Below are positions 13,167 through 29,453 of a stretch of 64,000 nt of DNA, in pieces. Both the position numbers and the translations under genes were made by a program. Positions within the stretch are counted from its first letter, which is position 1, and each line of letters opens with the position of its first letter. Origin of the DNA: the human T2T-CHM13v2.0 reference genome, Homo sapiens; assembly GCF_009914755.1 (NCBI RefSeq), contig NC_060933.1; one strand, 5' to 3'. The notes below the pieces were generated by a model. The model worked only from the letters and a program-made list of their open reading frames with translations. It was not told the DNA's origin and ran no database searches.

Positions 13167-16127
13167 GCAAGCATGTAATTCTCCTTTAAAACAGCCACTA
13201 GTGGTGGGGTGGAGGCATTGAAGAATCTTAGACATTGGAATACCTTAAGTTCTTTAAAATGTACATTGTATTATGGTTTTAATATTACTTTAAATCTTAT
13301 TTTATTTTTAAACACTGTAATAAAATTTTTGTGGTCAGTGAAAGCACATTTCATGAGCATTTTTCATTACTAAACTATGTTGTCATTAACTTTTATTTTA
13401 TGTGTACTAATCACAGGGTCAGAAAGTTATGGAATGTCCAAGCAACAGATAATCCAACCGTAATATGTATTTGGCTATGAAAAGTCATGCAAGCTTGCTT
13501 AATTTAAGCTAAGGAGCCGACTTAGCTTCCTTCTTATATGGATTTGTTTTTAGTAGCCTAGAATTTTGCTAAACAGTAAACTAAGGAAGCTAATGTTGTC
13601 ACAATGAGATTAAACAGAGTATTCATTTGCAGATACTTGAAACTTTACTGAATCTTACTCCAGAATCTCTAGCACGCAAATGCATGCCAGCATAAATTAG
13701 GTAGATAGCTTCATTAAATGCATCTGTGGGGAACCAAAGTTCTAGTAGTTTGTTCTGTTTTTATTCCACACAATTAAAAATTATTAAAAAAAAAAAACCA
13801 CCTGGAATTCTCAGTGTTCGTTCTTCCCCCTCCCTTTAAATAGTGAAGGAGTGGGAATATCTCTCTTCCCAGGAAACTGATGTAATCATTTAGTAATTGG
13901 TGTGACAGCATGCAGTGTCCTTAGGTAAGTGTCCCAAAGGGCAAGACCGCCAGCTGAGCAGAGGCAAGGCCAGACAGCAAGTGACATAGTTCCCTGTATT
14001 TTGCCCTTTGTTTGCTCTCTTTATTCACACACAGTGGCTATTTTTTTCACAGCGATCCATTTTTTTTTTCTAGCTGCTATGTCAGATCCTCTCTCAGTTA
14101 AAGCAAATTTCGTTTTATTGTAAGTTTTAAAAAAATTAAAAAGTTCTACCTATTTAAAAGCAACTCTTCTGTCCCAATAACTTTTAAAGGTGACTTTGGG
14201 TGCTTCATACGAGTATTATCTACACTTTTGCTAAGTACCCAGGAACAGAGAGGCTCTGCCAAGTTTATAGGCATCATTTGGAACGAAAGTGATCATCTAA
14301 TTAGGGCCCTGTAAACTCATCTGAGGGTCTAAGTGATAGGGAGAAATATGTATTAGGACATAGATATTCATTGTATTATTAAAAGTAACGGAATACATTA
14401 AAATGGAAAATTGAAAGAACTACTGCATTGGCTAATGAAAGCAGCATGATATGAACCAGGAATTTTGTGCACACAAAAGAGCTATCTTACTTATATTATT
14501 TAGGACTGATTTATTCTATTACACTTGGAAGTTTATTGTTTTTCATTTAAAATGAAAATAAATCAAAAGGCACAAAATATGATAAAATAAATTTAAACAA
14601 ACTAAATGAAATAAACTTAAGTAAAAGCAGCAAAAGTTTGCTATTACATATAACATATATACACACATATAAAACACACAGGAAAGACCAAACCATATCC
14701 TAATAAATATTTATTGCATATGCATTTCTTAAAAGTTGTGTGGAAAGCCACATATACACATGAAATTTAAGGAACATAAAAGGAGATAGAGAAACGTTAC
14801 AATTCACTCTTATATTTTAATACCAGTGAAATAAAATTTTACATACCAGGTTTCTGTAAAATAGAAGCATATAACTTCTATGAGTAGAATCTGAGCAGCT
14901 GAATCCACAGAGGCAGTGTGGACAGGGATGTGTTGAGAAAGTCAAGTGGCTATGCATGAGAAAAGGTAACCTTCCAAAAAGCGAGTCTATGGCTTGTTTT
15001 GTTCCCCTTTGTTGGGTTTTGAGAAACTCAATAAATAACATTGATATTATTTGCCAAAGCTCAGTACTAGCCACAAAATAGACACAGGTAAAATAGAAAT
15101 TATATTATTAGCTTTTTAAATAATCAGAGCTAGTTTTCACCATGTGGCTTAGAGCTAGATCAAGTAGACCTCGAAATTAACATACTTCTCTACTCAGTCT
15201 CCAGCTAGGTTGAACACTTTCAGGTCTCCTGTGGAAAGACAAAATCTGACCCTCTAAGCTCAGCCTATTTCTGATTGTAGATAAGATGTACCTTCATTAC
15301 AAATTGGCTAATCTGAAGAGAAAACCCAGAAGTAGTGAGACAATGCCTTCTCTCAAACTAATCAAATTGAAATGTTTCTGCTTCTCTTGGGGAAGTGAGT
15401 GTGAGAGTAGGTTAGCGAGGTAGGGAGTGCCACAGGGAAACATAAAACGATTGAATCCAATCCATGAATAATTATAGAGGTATAAAGGGGAAAGGCAAAC
15501 AGGTTTCAGGAAGGAGTTTGAGTATCAGACTAGAAAAATAGAATATTTGCTTTAGAGGCAACTTACAGACCATCCAACACAACCAACACCTTCGTTTCAT
15601 AGCTAGGAAGTGGAGTCGCAGAATAGATAATTTGCCCAATATCCCACTGAGGGCAGCATCCAAAGTTCAGATTTCCTTGTTCCAATTCCATTGTTCCTTC
15701 TACCCAGTACTAAAAGGTGTGACATTTTGTCTTTCTAATTTATTAATAATAGACACAAACACATTGAGCACACAGAAGTACTTAATAATTCTCTTCATCG
15801 TTTCCTGATGTAATTTGATCTGCCTGCTTATGGTCAACTCTGTCATAGAAATATTGAGATAATTTTCTATGGAAATGTTTAGCTCATAGAAGTGCTTTGA
15901 ATATACTAAGTGCACAATATGCTTAATATATGCAAGAAAAATAAATTATTAATTTGACAAGAAGTGGAAATTGTTTTAATTAATGAAAGAATGAAGATGT
16001 ATAAAGATATATTATTACAGTAAAAAAAGACATAAATAAAAATAGTCTGTGAGTTGCTGGTGACAGTTTAGAGATGGGTAATTTGAATTGACAGGAAGTG
16101 CTGTAATGCTGTTTTTTGCTGTCTTAG

Positions 16128-16214
16128 TACTACAGCAGACACCACTCTGAATGGCTATTTCATTCCCAGGAAAACTTGCACCTTTATCAACATGTATCAA
16201 GTAAATCATGATGA
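16128..16214 (+). pseudogene. CYP1D1P: CYP1D1P fifth coding exon (87 bp)
   Basis: ttttttgctgtcttag|T; (C)[28 protein letters not shown](E); GA|gtaagt. Confidence 0.95.
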
Positions 16215-16529
16215 GTAAGTTACCAAAATTAATCTTTGGATAAATTTGCTTGCCTGCTTGGTTGTTTACTGTTTATTAATCTGGAAAAGATTTACAGTCT
16301 TCTTAGCCAACCTTCACTCCTGTTTCTCTTGAAAGATATTGGAAAGAAGTTCAGTTTCTCTCCTCATCTATAATGCAAACAGTGATATATTGACACAAAT
16401 TGAGGAAAAATCCAATATAGGGCAAATCCAATTTCAAAAGTGAGCTCATTGGGAGAGATTTGGGCCGAGGACTTCATGGGCTCACCCTTTGCATGGCCAT
16501 GGCTAATACATTGAAATGGAGTCTGAAAT

Positions 16530-16660
16530 CCCCCACTGGAATGTAAGCCACCAAGCAGGGATTTTTTTTTCTTTTGTTGTTTGCTTACTTGTTCCTCTAC
16601 CCCAGCACCTGGATCACTGCCTCACACATAGTTGGCACACAATAAATATTTGTTGAATAA
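16530..16660 (+). mobile_element. L2 3'-end relic (followed by an antisense MIR at about 16770-16970)
   Basis: ccccactggaatgtaagc...cagcacctg...cacatagttggcacacaataaatatttgttgaat. Confidence 0.7.
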
Positions 16661-17513
16661 AATAAAGTTAGAAGTTCACCCACATCAGCTATGAAAGAAA
16701 GGGCTGAGATGAGAGTACCTAATGCAGTGAAAGTGAGGATAATGACAGTGGTGGTGGTGAGAATGATGATTACAGCTAATATTTATAGACTCCTACTGTG
16801 GGCAAGGCACAAAATCTTGCAGTATCTTTCCTGAGCCTCAATAGTAACACGATTGGTGCTATCATGATCCCCATTTAACAGATAAAGAAACCTTCAGCCA
16901 GGTTAAACACATTGCCTAAAGTCGCATGTTCAGAAGGTGGCAGAGGTAGGACTCAAATCCAAATGTGTAAATTTTATGTAATGGAAACCATGTGCTTCCT
17001 GTAGTGGTCAGGGCTTGATGTCTCCAGTGACTGGCAGAGACTGCATTCTTATGCACTCAGCAGACAGTAAATATGTTATACAGTCTTTTCTCTTCACCCA
17101 AGATCTCATCTGACTGATGTTTCAGGCTGCAAGCTGTAAGAGAGGGAAGTGATTATCCTGTGTACCTAATGGCAGCTTCACAATCTCTGTAAACAGAAAG
17201 ATGGTAGAAGACTATGCATATGCTGTCCCACTGCAACACTTACTGTCACAGAGATTGACACTTCCATTCTCCACACCTAGGCATTTTGAAACCACTATAA
17301 GAAGAAATACAGCAAGTGTATATTTAATAACATTTATTCTTACTTAGTATAATCCTAAGTATTCTATTAATAATATCCTAAGAACTGGTGATTATAATGA
17401 ATATTGAGTAATGTGCAAACAAACTGAGTTAACATGGGTGCTCCTAAAGAAATACCATTTGTATGGAGGCACTTGTTTAAGCTGAACGAGTATGTAACTT
17501 AAGACTTGATATT

Positions 17514-17785
<272 letters not shown>

Positions 17786-18622
17786 TTATGGGAAAATTCT
17801 TCATATTTAATTAATCTAAAGCATAGGTCACAAACTCAAGCACCTATTGAGCAATGAAAAATACGAAAAATAAGTGAATTGCACTTGGTGAAGCACTGTG
17901 AGGAGGGGAGGTCATCTGCCGCACCTAACTCGGCTCAGTAAACCGTTGGCAAGCAGGACAATGTCCCAATGTTGTCAGCTTTTACAATTATAAAAGAGAA
18001 CCTGGAAATGCATATTTTCATGTGAAATCTGATTTTTAAATGTTAGCAATAGTGAATTATTTTTAAAAGATTATGAGAGCAAACCAAAATGTATTGGAGG
18101 ACTGTGTACAGAACTAATCCTCTAGGTCTGTGGTCTCTGGTACAGACAGAAACCAGTTTCTCCTTCTAGAGAGATGATGACATCTACGCACAAACAGGGC
18201 CAGTTCTATGTGAAGCCAGGTGGGTTCCAGATATTAGGACCTACAGAAAACATGCTAGCACTGGTTGTCATAAACAAGCCAAATATGGTGCCTGTAACAA
18301 AAGATAGAGATAGAAGAAAGAATCAGGTACACAGTGATTTGAGAACTGTGGGCAATCCCCCAATTAGAGCTGCTTTCTGGAGACCCAGATCCTCTCTGTA
18401 TTGTTGTACAAAGGCCATTTCCTAAACATGTTTTTTACCAGAGTGAGAGATGTGGCCCAGTCTCATCATTCTTATTCATTCTGCTAAAGCAAAAGATATT
18501 GAATATTTATTACCTTTTATTTATGTCACCATTTTGGAATATTCTTATGACAATTTTATGGAATTCTTCATTTAAAATAATTAAATTCATGGCTAACCCA
18601 TACCTTGAAGTTAGCTTGCAGG

Positions 18623-18773
18623 AGAGCCGAGCTAGAACTGGCTCCTGTATAGGGTTGGCCATGAAGCCAAAACCATCTCAACTCCAAGCAGAACTTCACA
18701 TCTCAGGTAGTTCATATGCTTAGATTCTCAGACTGAGTGGAGGGTTTCTTATTTAGTTCAGAAAAATTGATGA
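18623..18773 (+). repeat. Diverged duplicate of the 3' end of the CYP1D1P last exon (copy of 19321-19472)
   Basis: Hand alignment gives about 21 differences over about 150 bp, with an identical block ttagattctcagactgagtggagggtttctta. Confidence 0.93.
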
Positions 18774-19121
18774 AATAGATTTTCAAGTATTTTATTCACT
18801 AATGAATTGGTAGTCATTTCAGTGAAAATTAAGTGTAATTGTACTAAATCTTTATCATAACTAGATTTGTCAAACATTAAAGGAAAAAGTGACATGTATT
18901 CATAATTATATATAATCATACATCTCCATAAGTACTTATACATATATGTGTATATATACTTCATTTATGTATACCTCCTTTCTCTATACATAATTTCTAA
19001 GGAATATTCTAAACTTAAAGTAGTTCATGAAAAACAAAATTATTGTGGAAAATTTGCCAACAATAGCAAAAATGAGAAAATAATTTCTTTTTAAAGTGTT
19101 GTTTTTATCTATTTTATGCAG

Positions 19122-19491
19122 AACTATTTGGGATAATCATAGTTTATTTAGACCTGACAGATTTCTAAACGAAAACAGAGAACTGAATAAAAGTCTTGTT
19201 GAGAAAGTTTTGATATTTGGAATGGGCATCCGGAAGTGTCTGGGAGAAGATGTTGCACGCAATGAGATATTCATTTTCATCACTACCGTTCTGCAGCAGT
19301 TCAAGCTGAAAAAATGACCAAGAGCCAAGCTAGACCTGACTCCTACATACGGGTTAGTCATGAGGCCAAAACTATACCAACTCCAAGCAGAACTCCACCC
19401 CTCAGGCAGTTCATCTGCTTAGATTCTCAGACTGAGTGGAGGGTTTCTTACTCAATTCAGAAAAATAGATGATTTGAGTTTATTTAACTAG
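19122..19491 (+). pseudogene. CYP1D1P: CYP1D1P last coding exon with heme-binding Cys
   Basis: attttatgcag|A; TIWDNHSLFRPDRFL...FGMGIRKCLG (Cys codon 454 at 19237)...KLKK*PRAKLDLTPTYGLVMRPKLYQLQAELHPSGSSSA*ILRLSGGFLTQFRKIDDLSLFN*. Confidence 0.95.
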
Positions 19492-19617
19492 CAATGTGTA
19501 GTTTATTCCCCTGAGCTATGCTATGAATTCAACTCTGTGACATGTTTTATCAAGTATGTGGCATGGCTTTAGTGCCAATATGAGACTTACTGTAGTGTGA
19601 GGATACTTTAAGATAAT

Positions 19618-19623
19618 AATAAA
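19618..19623 (+). terminator. Candidate poly(A) signal of CYP1D1P
   Basis: First AATAAA downstream of the terminal stop; a second lies at 19771-19776. Confidence 0.5.
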
Positions 19624-20104
19624 GTGTGATGTAAATCAGGGGGTTTAAATCCAGATCTCACACAGTGGTGTCCTGGGTGTCATGTGGGTATGAGTGGAAG
19701 GGAAAAGTGAGTGACAGATTGACCAGGCAGGCAAGGGGACTCTGTCTACCTTCCCTTTATGCTAGCTTCAAATAAACAAGCATACTCATCTTTGCTTTAA
19801 ATATGGGGTTCAGAATAAGAAAAAGTTCTGATCTTAAATATTTTCAGTGATCTAGAGCATAGATGCTCAGGAGGGCCAGAGAAGGGAGCTAGAGTAGCCT
19901 AGCAGAGAGCATTGCATGGTCACAGTAGATGAGCTGGGCTAGAGTTAGAGAAGTAGAGAAAAGGAGATGACAGGGATTGCCTCAAGCCAATTTTTGTATC
20001 AGATTATGTATTTTTGTGTATTAAATTTTTAATTGTAAGGCAAATTGGTGTTTTCACAACGTTACCAACTTCTTTTGGTACATATTTTATATATATATAT
20101 ATAA

Positions 20105-20853
<749 letters not shown>

Positions 20854-21206
20854 AGCAAGTTACGAGAATAAAACTGGCTGCTGATTTTTAAAAATGCTTT
20901 TAAATGTAAGATTCAGCACTAAGTATATGCTTTATTAATTGAATTTGTTAACGAGCTAAGGCATGTAAGTGAACTTAAAATGGGCAGTGAAAGAACTAGT
21001 ATTTCAGATTGAGGGTTTGAGGTGGAGTTGCATTATAAAGGATGTGCAATACAAGCTGGGAGGTAAGAGAACATCTGGGGTCTAATTCAACTGGGGAGAA
21101 CAGTGAGAGAGATGTGGCTCTCTAGATAATGATGATCTTGGCCAAGATGTGACAATGGAAGTAGAGAACTTTTAAGCAATTCACAGACATTGAAAATTAA
21201 AGTCAG

Positions 21207-21521
<315 letters not shown>

Positions 21522-22106
21522 TTAGTCTTTTTTTCAAATATAAATAAATTCAACATTCTCCTTGTGAACAGACAATTGAATTGCTTGTGCTTCTCTAAGA
21601 GCTTTTGAAATTATTTATATTACCCTCATGGCGTTGTGTCAAAATGAAACTATTCTTATATTTTTACCATAAGAAACTTGTCAAATTTTCTGTATACTCA
21701 AGAAAAATGGGAATGATTAGAAACTGTGAAAAGCTTGGTATCTATTTATCTGATATTTTCTTGAAAGAATTGCATTTTTCTAACCACTTTATTAAAAAAA
21801 TAAGCAAAGCTTATACTTTCAACACCTTGTATTATAAAATGCTATTTTGCACTCTTCCTCTGCTCCTAAGGCATAATTAAATAGTATACTATTGGGCTTT
21901 TTGTATAATTTATGTTTGTATTTTATGTATCTTTAGAAACAAGGATGAGAATAAAACTGGGGAAAGAAAGTGTGAAAGCAAAATAAGAATAGCTTTTCTT
22001 TGTCATTTAATATGTAATGATAAGTTCATTTTAATTATGTGTATTTGCTTATCCTAAAGCAATAATTTGTTTCATGAAATATGTAATCAGAAACAACATA
22101 GTATAA

Positions 22107-22138
<32 letters not shown>

Positions 22139-23816
22139 AAACTTGTACTAACAAAGACACATTGAATAATAATCTGGAAACTACTCACAGAAATCATTAT
22201 GACTATAGAGAAGTTGATAATATATGGATATATGCATCCACTGGGAATTCAAGATGAGTGAGGTCTTAGAGGCAACATGTATGAAGTACAAAAGCAGAGT
22301 TATAGGAATTAAATACCCTGCTTCATACAAGTATATGCAGACACTTACATCTCCCAGGCCTCCTTGTAGCCACAGTCCCTGGGGGTTCTTGGTAACGTTA
22401 TAAAGACAAAGATCAGTCTGGAAACATTATCCACTCCATGATGCAAATGAGTGCAGGATGTGCCTGGTCTCAAGTCTTTTACAGAAGAAAACTTGCACCC
22501 AAAATTTAAAAGAACAGGATCGCCTGCTACATTGTAATTCTCTAATTTATTCCCAGTTAAACCTATAATTCAGATGAAATATCAACCCATAATAACACAA
22601 GAAGAAATCTGAACTATTTTAAAGAAAGGCAGAAGGGGTCTTTGGGGATTTTACTATCTACATAATTATTAATTAGGCTGTGAAATCTGTCCTGGTTTGC
22701 AGATGGTTCCAGGACTCTGGAAGTGTAGATACACAATTTGATATTTCAGATTCACATGGGACCTCCTCACAAAATTCAAGTCATGCTTTAAATAAACAAA
22801 TACAAAAATCCTATGCTACATGCACTTTAAATCAGAAATAGCTAAAGGGAGTTGTTTTTACGGCTTAACAAGCTATAAAAAGAAATTCCCTGTGAGGAAT
22901 ACCTCCATTGCATTTCTCTTTAGATAAACAAAAAAATGCAGGATGCAGTCAACATATTTTCTATTGTTAACACTGGAAGAGCCAAAATACATAAAAAAAT
23001 AAAAGTTTATAGGTCTTTTATCCTTCAAGGTGTTTCCAGAGAATAGTGTACTTCCATTCAGTTTTACTATCAGGCCCCACAAACTGTAAATTCTGCACAC
23101 AAAAGTGTTGTTTTTATCTGCTCTCCCTGTGTACTGATGCATGGTGCATGAATACATTTCCCAGCATAGTGAGATGATCAACTTACAAAACATTCATTTT
23201 AACGGCTTTTAAAAGTCTTTCTGAGTTTCTGATGTTTTAAGATTCCTTTATTAAACATAATTTTCTCTTTTCCAGATATTATAGTGTCATTCATTTCTAT
23301 ATGGTACTGCGCTGGGGTGTAATCATTTGATGATCTCTTGATTACATCCTCCATCCCTGCCCCAATACCTGGTTCCATTCATTATTTTAAGGCTGATCTC
23401 TACCACCTGGCAAGCTCCCCAAATGCAGGGGCCAAGTCTGTTTTGCTTCCTATTGTATCCCCAGTGTCTAGCACTATTTGAAGTATGTAATACACATTTA
23501 ATTGGATTGAACTGGCTACAAGGAGGCCGAACATTCAATCCATTCACATTGGTTTGAATGTTCAGTGAATGATGGAATTAATTAATGATTAAGTGAGTGG
23601 ATCTAGTGAGAGAACAGGAAGAGCTTTAGCAAAAAGGAAGTGTCTAAGAATATCTGGTAAAGATAGTATTTCTGATATCTCTGCTCACATTTTAATTTCT
23701 ACTGTGTTGCTTACAACTCCTCGGCTTAAAAATCTGTTCAGTCTTCTCACACTTTTTTAATCTACAAGGTCCAAGGTCCAAGTCTCATCAAAGAAGCTCT
23801 TAATTTTTTAAAAATG

Positions 23817-24113
23817 TTTTTTGTTATTATTATTTTAGAGATGGGATCTCACTTTGTCACCTCGGCTGGAGTGCTGTGGCACAATTATAGCTCACTGCAG
23901 CCTCACAGTCTTGGACTTAAGTGATCCTACTGCCTCAGCCTCCCAAGGAGCTGAGACTACAGGTGTGTGCCACTACACCCAGCTATTTTATTTTTATTTT
24001 TTGTAGAGGCAGTGTCTCGCTATGTTGCCCAAGCTGATCTCAAGCTCCTGGCCTCAAGTGATGCCCTCACCTCAGCCTCCTGGGGATTACAAGTGCACGC
24101 TACTGCTCCGGGC
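23817..24113 (-). mobile_element. AluJ
   Basis: Diverged antisense Alu with the J-type atagctcactgcagcctc. Confidence 0.9.
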
Positions 24114-25107
24114 TCTCTCTCTCTTCCTTTCATTTTTATGGCACATTTTAATGGAAATTAGCCCCCATGTGTCTTTCCAGAACCATAATCAAAGTATGTC
24201 CTTGGTATTTAGGAAGCTTTCCAAAGCCAACATCTCAAGTGCATTCCAAAATGTCACTGAACTTTTTCCTCTCTTCCCATTGCATCTTGCCAACACAAAT
24301 GCATGGGTAGCTGACAGTGTCATCGGCTCCACCAGAAACATTGTTGTCTGATGGCATCTGCCATGTCTTCTGTCCATTCTGATGAAGAGAAGGATCCCTG
24401 TTCTCTCCCTGGACTGTTTGTATATAAGCATGTGTATTGGGATTTACCCATTTTTCAAGACTGTAACTGAGATTTAGCTGTGATTTTGAAGAAAATTTAC
24501 TTGAAGGTTTGGGGCTATTGGAAAGGATGACTCCAGAAAAATTAAAAAGTTCTATAGCCTACTGCTTAAGCACAGACTCTTCCCAGACTGCATCCTGGAA
24601 CAGTTCCTTGCATTCTTTTCTCCCTGTGGATAGGTCCCCCCACCCACTCCCTACCCTGACCAATCCAATCTGCATTAGAGCTGTTCACTCCAACTTATGA
24701 ACACCTTGAGGCTGGTAAAATAAAGAAGCAAAGGAGCCTTCTCTCAGCCCCAGAGAACTGTCTCTTCTGGCCCTTGTCCTGGGCAGAACTCTGAATCTTC
24801 ACTTCCTAACCTAGGATTATCTAGGACTCATAGAGGGAAAGTCTGATCCTATAATCTCAACAGACATTCATATTATTAGTTTCCAAAATGTGAGATATTC
24901 ATTTTTATTTATCATCATCTTGTTGTGCCAAAATTAGATAAGCAAGCATTCGTCTTGATTTGTTCTGGTTCTCTCAAGCTATTGCTATTTCCTTTCACTG
25001 CCAGAGATCGAGTCCCTAACAGCATACTCTGTGTGTCAGGCAATATAGTAGATATTTCTGAATTATTAATTTTGACACAAACCATGAAACAGGCATTAGT
25101 ACTAATC

Positions 25108-25462
<355 letters not shown>

Positions 25463-25659
25463 TAAGGCTTACTGCAGCGTTAAAATCTACATCAAACTCA
25501 ACTCAAAACTTATGTAGTTTCCATAATGGCAATGGTTTCAACAGTATATGCCTTAATTTAAAAGAAATTCTGGCAGCATCTCAAAATATAAAGTTGTGTT
25601 TGTAGTATGTTCCAAAGTTATTCCATTCAGAAAATCAATTTCAGGTAGGTTAAAGACCT

Positions 25660-27050
<1,391 letters not shown>

Positions 27051-27991
27051 GAAGTGTGATACATGCATGCAGATGGTTAATATTTCCTGCTATTTAATGA
27101 TTGTTGTGGAAGTTTACTTTTTGGAATGAAGGGATAATATATTACAAATAGCAAGTGTAAAATACTGCATGTATACTTTCATTGATTTTGTTAAAAATAT
27201 AGGAAAAGAGAAAGATGTGGCAATGTGCTGTAAATAGAATGCTGACAAAACTATGAATTTTTCAAAAAACGTAATACTATAAGTACAGTACTGTATGTAG
27301 AGCATAAGCTTAATACAGAGCATATTGTGTTTATTTAAGATTATACATTCCCTTCACGTCTGTGAACTCATGTAAATGGTAAAGAAATGTTTAAGGGTGG
27401 CAAGTATCTGTCATAAAGCTGGTAGAGCTGGTCTAGAGGGAGAGTGAATCCTCAGACTCTCAGACTAGACAACCGAACTGTGAGTTGAAACTGCAGGATA
27501 TAGAAGTTTTGCATTAATTAAATGAAAACAAAAGCTGGCAACTGAGAATACAGGAAGACAAAAAACTGTAAGTATAAAACCTTAGATGTCTGAGATTATT
27601 CATTGATTCATCAAGAAACTCTGCATACATACAAAACACTTTTATTTCATGTTAATGAGTGTTTTCAGGGCCCTAGTCTAAGCCAGGCACTTTAGGTGCC
27701 AAGCATAAAAAAAAATGACTCAAATATTATCCCTAAGTTGCAAAACTCCTTAGAGTAGACATATATAATGATAATACAATTATATATATATATATATATA
27801 TGCATTTATATACACAGATACCTGTACATAATGTGTATATATAGTCATAAAGTTACATACACATATTTTAGTTGTTCTAAGACTGGTCATAAATATTCAA
27901 GCTTCCTCCTACCCTCCTTACACATAAAAATGGGGTATGCATCTGAAAATTGCTTTGCAATAACCTCTTTTTGTAAAACAGACCCTGACAT

Positions 27992-28734
27992 TGATACAGT
28001 AGGGCTGGGCTCCTGCCTGAACCCCACCCTTAAGCCTGGAACCTCGGCCCTAAGTGAAAACAACTGACCCCATTTTTCCACCCAAATGTTGCCTTTTTGG
28101 CCTGCCCCACCCCTATCCTGTGCCCATAAAAGACTTCAGCTGGCAGAGCAACACAAGCAACTGAGCATCAAGGATACAAGCAGCTGAGTGGCGAGCAGAG
28201 AAGCAACTGAGCATCAGAGACAACAGATAAACGTGGCTAACTTCAGGCAGTGCAGCTTCGGAGATGGGCCCAGCCGGAGATGGCTGGGTTTAAGGGAAAG
28301 ATCACCTTCCCATTCCCTTTCCAGCCTTCCTTTCCACTGAAAGCCACCCACCGCTCAATAAAGTCTTCTGCATTAATCACCTTTCAGTTTGTGTGACCTG
28401 ATTCTTCCTGGATGCCGGACAAGAACCTGGGCGCCAAGAAGACGGAGGCTGCCACTGTGACCTTCCACTGAGCTGGTTGACACTTGGCAGTCCCCAGACT
28501 GCAGAGCTGAAAGAGCATTGGTTGTAACATGGTTTGACACCGTTGTGGGGCCCACACAGAGCCTGCCCCCTCCAGAGAGGAGTGACTAGCCAGTTCTAGA
28601 GTTCATTCACTCTGGTTCCCTCATTCCCTTGCTCGCATGCTTCCTCCTGCAAGGAGTGGCCAGTGGCAGCCTGAGTGAAATGAGCCACTTCAGTTCCTGC
28701 TGGTGAAGGGGTTCAAGGGAATTATACCATCTCA
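27992..28734 (+). mobile_element. ERV1-class solo LTR (LTR27/LTR1/MER52-group-like)
   Basis: TG...CA ends; 4-bp TSD ACAT; AATAAA at 28357; ccccacccttaagcctggaacc motif. Family call from memory. Confidence 0.8.
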
Positions 28735-29453
28735 ACATGATGGATGCTTTTTCTTTGATAAGCATATTTGTATAGCTCTACCAATTTACCTCTTTGCACA
28801 GAAGGTCACTTTTCTAGAGTCTTCATTCCTTGACTCCTCCATGCCAACTTCACCTAGCTTACACTATGTCCTAGCATTCCATACTTGCAGTCCTCACTGG
28901 GCCTCAGTGTGCCTCTTACTGTTCTGCCCAGCATTTTGACTTTCATCTATATGTTTAGCATTGCTAAAGGCTTTTGCCATCTGAATCGGTGAAAACAGGG
29001 TAGTTTAGAAATCCAGCAGATTAGGAAGAGAGTTTAACACATTTGAAAGGCAGAATGTCACCTATTGTCCTAGCAGTACTTAGTTAAGTGACTTAAATGT
29101 AAAGTCATTGAACATGTACTGGATAATTCATGACCATTTAAAATATTTATTGATTGGCAATCTACTTCACTAGGCCTTTGTGGGTCATAGAATAGTATTG
29201 CTTGTAAAGACTTTCGAAAGGTAAAATTGCTATGGGCAGTGAAGTGATTTAGAAGATGATATCTCTTGATTTAACAATCGATATGGTTTGAATGTGTGTC
29301 TCCTCCAAATCTCATGTTGAAACGTAATCCTCAGTGTTGGAGGTGGAGCCTGGTGGGAGGTGTTTGTGTCACCTCTCATGAGGTGATCTCTCATGAATAG
29401 CTTGGTGCCATTTACTTGGTGATGATGAGAGCTGGTTGTTGAAAGGAGCTTGC

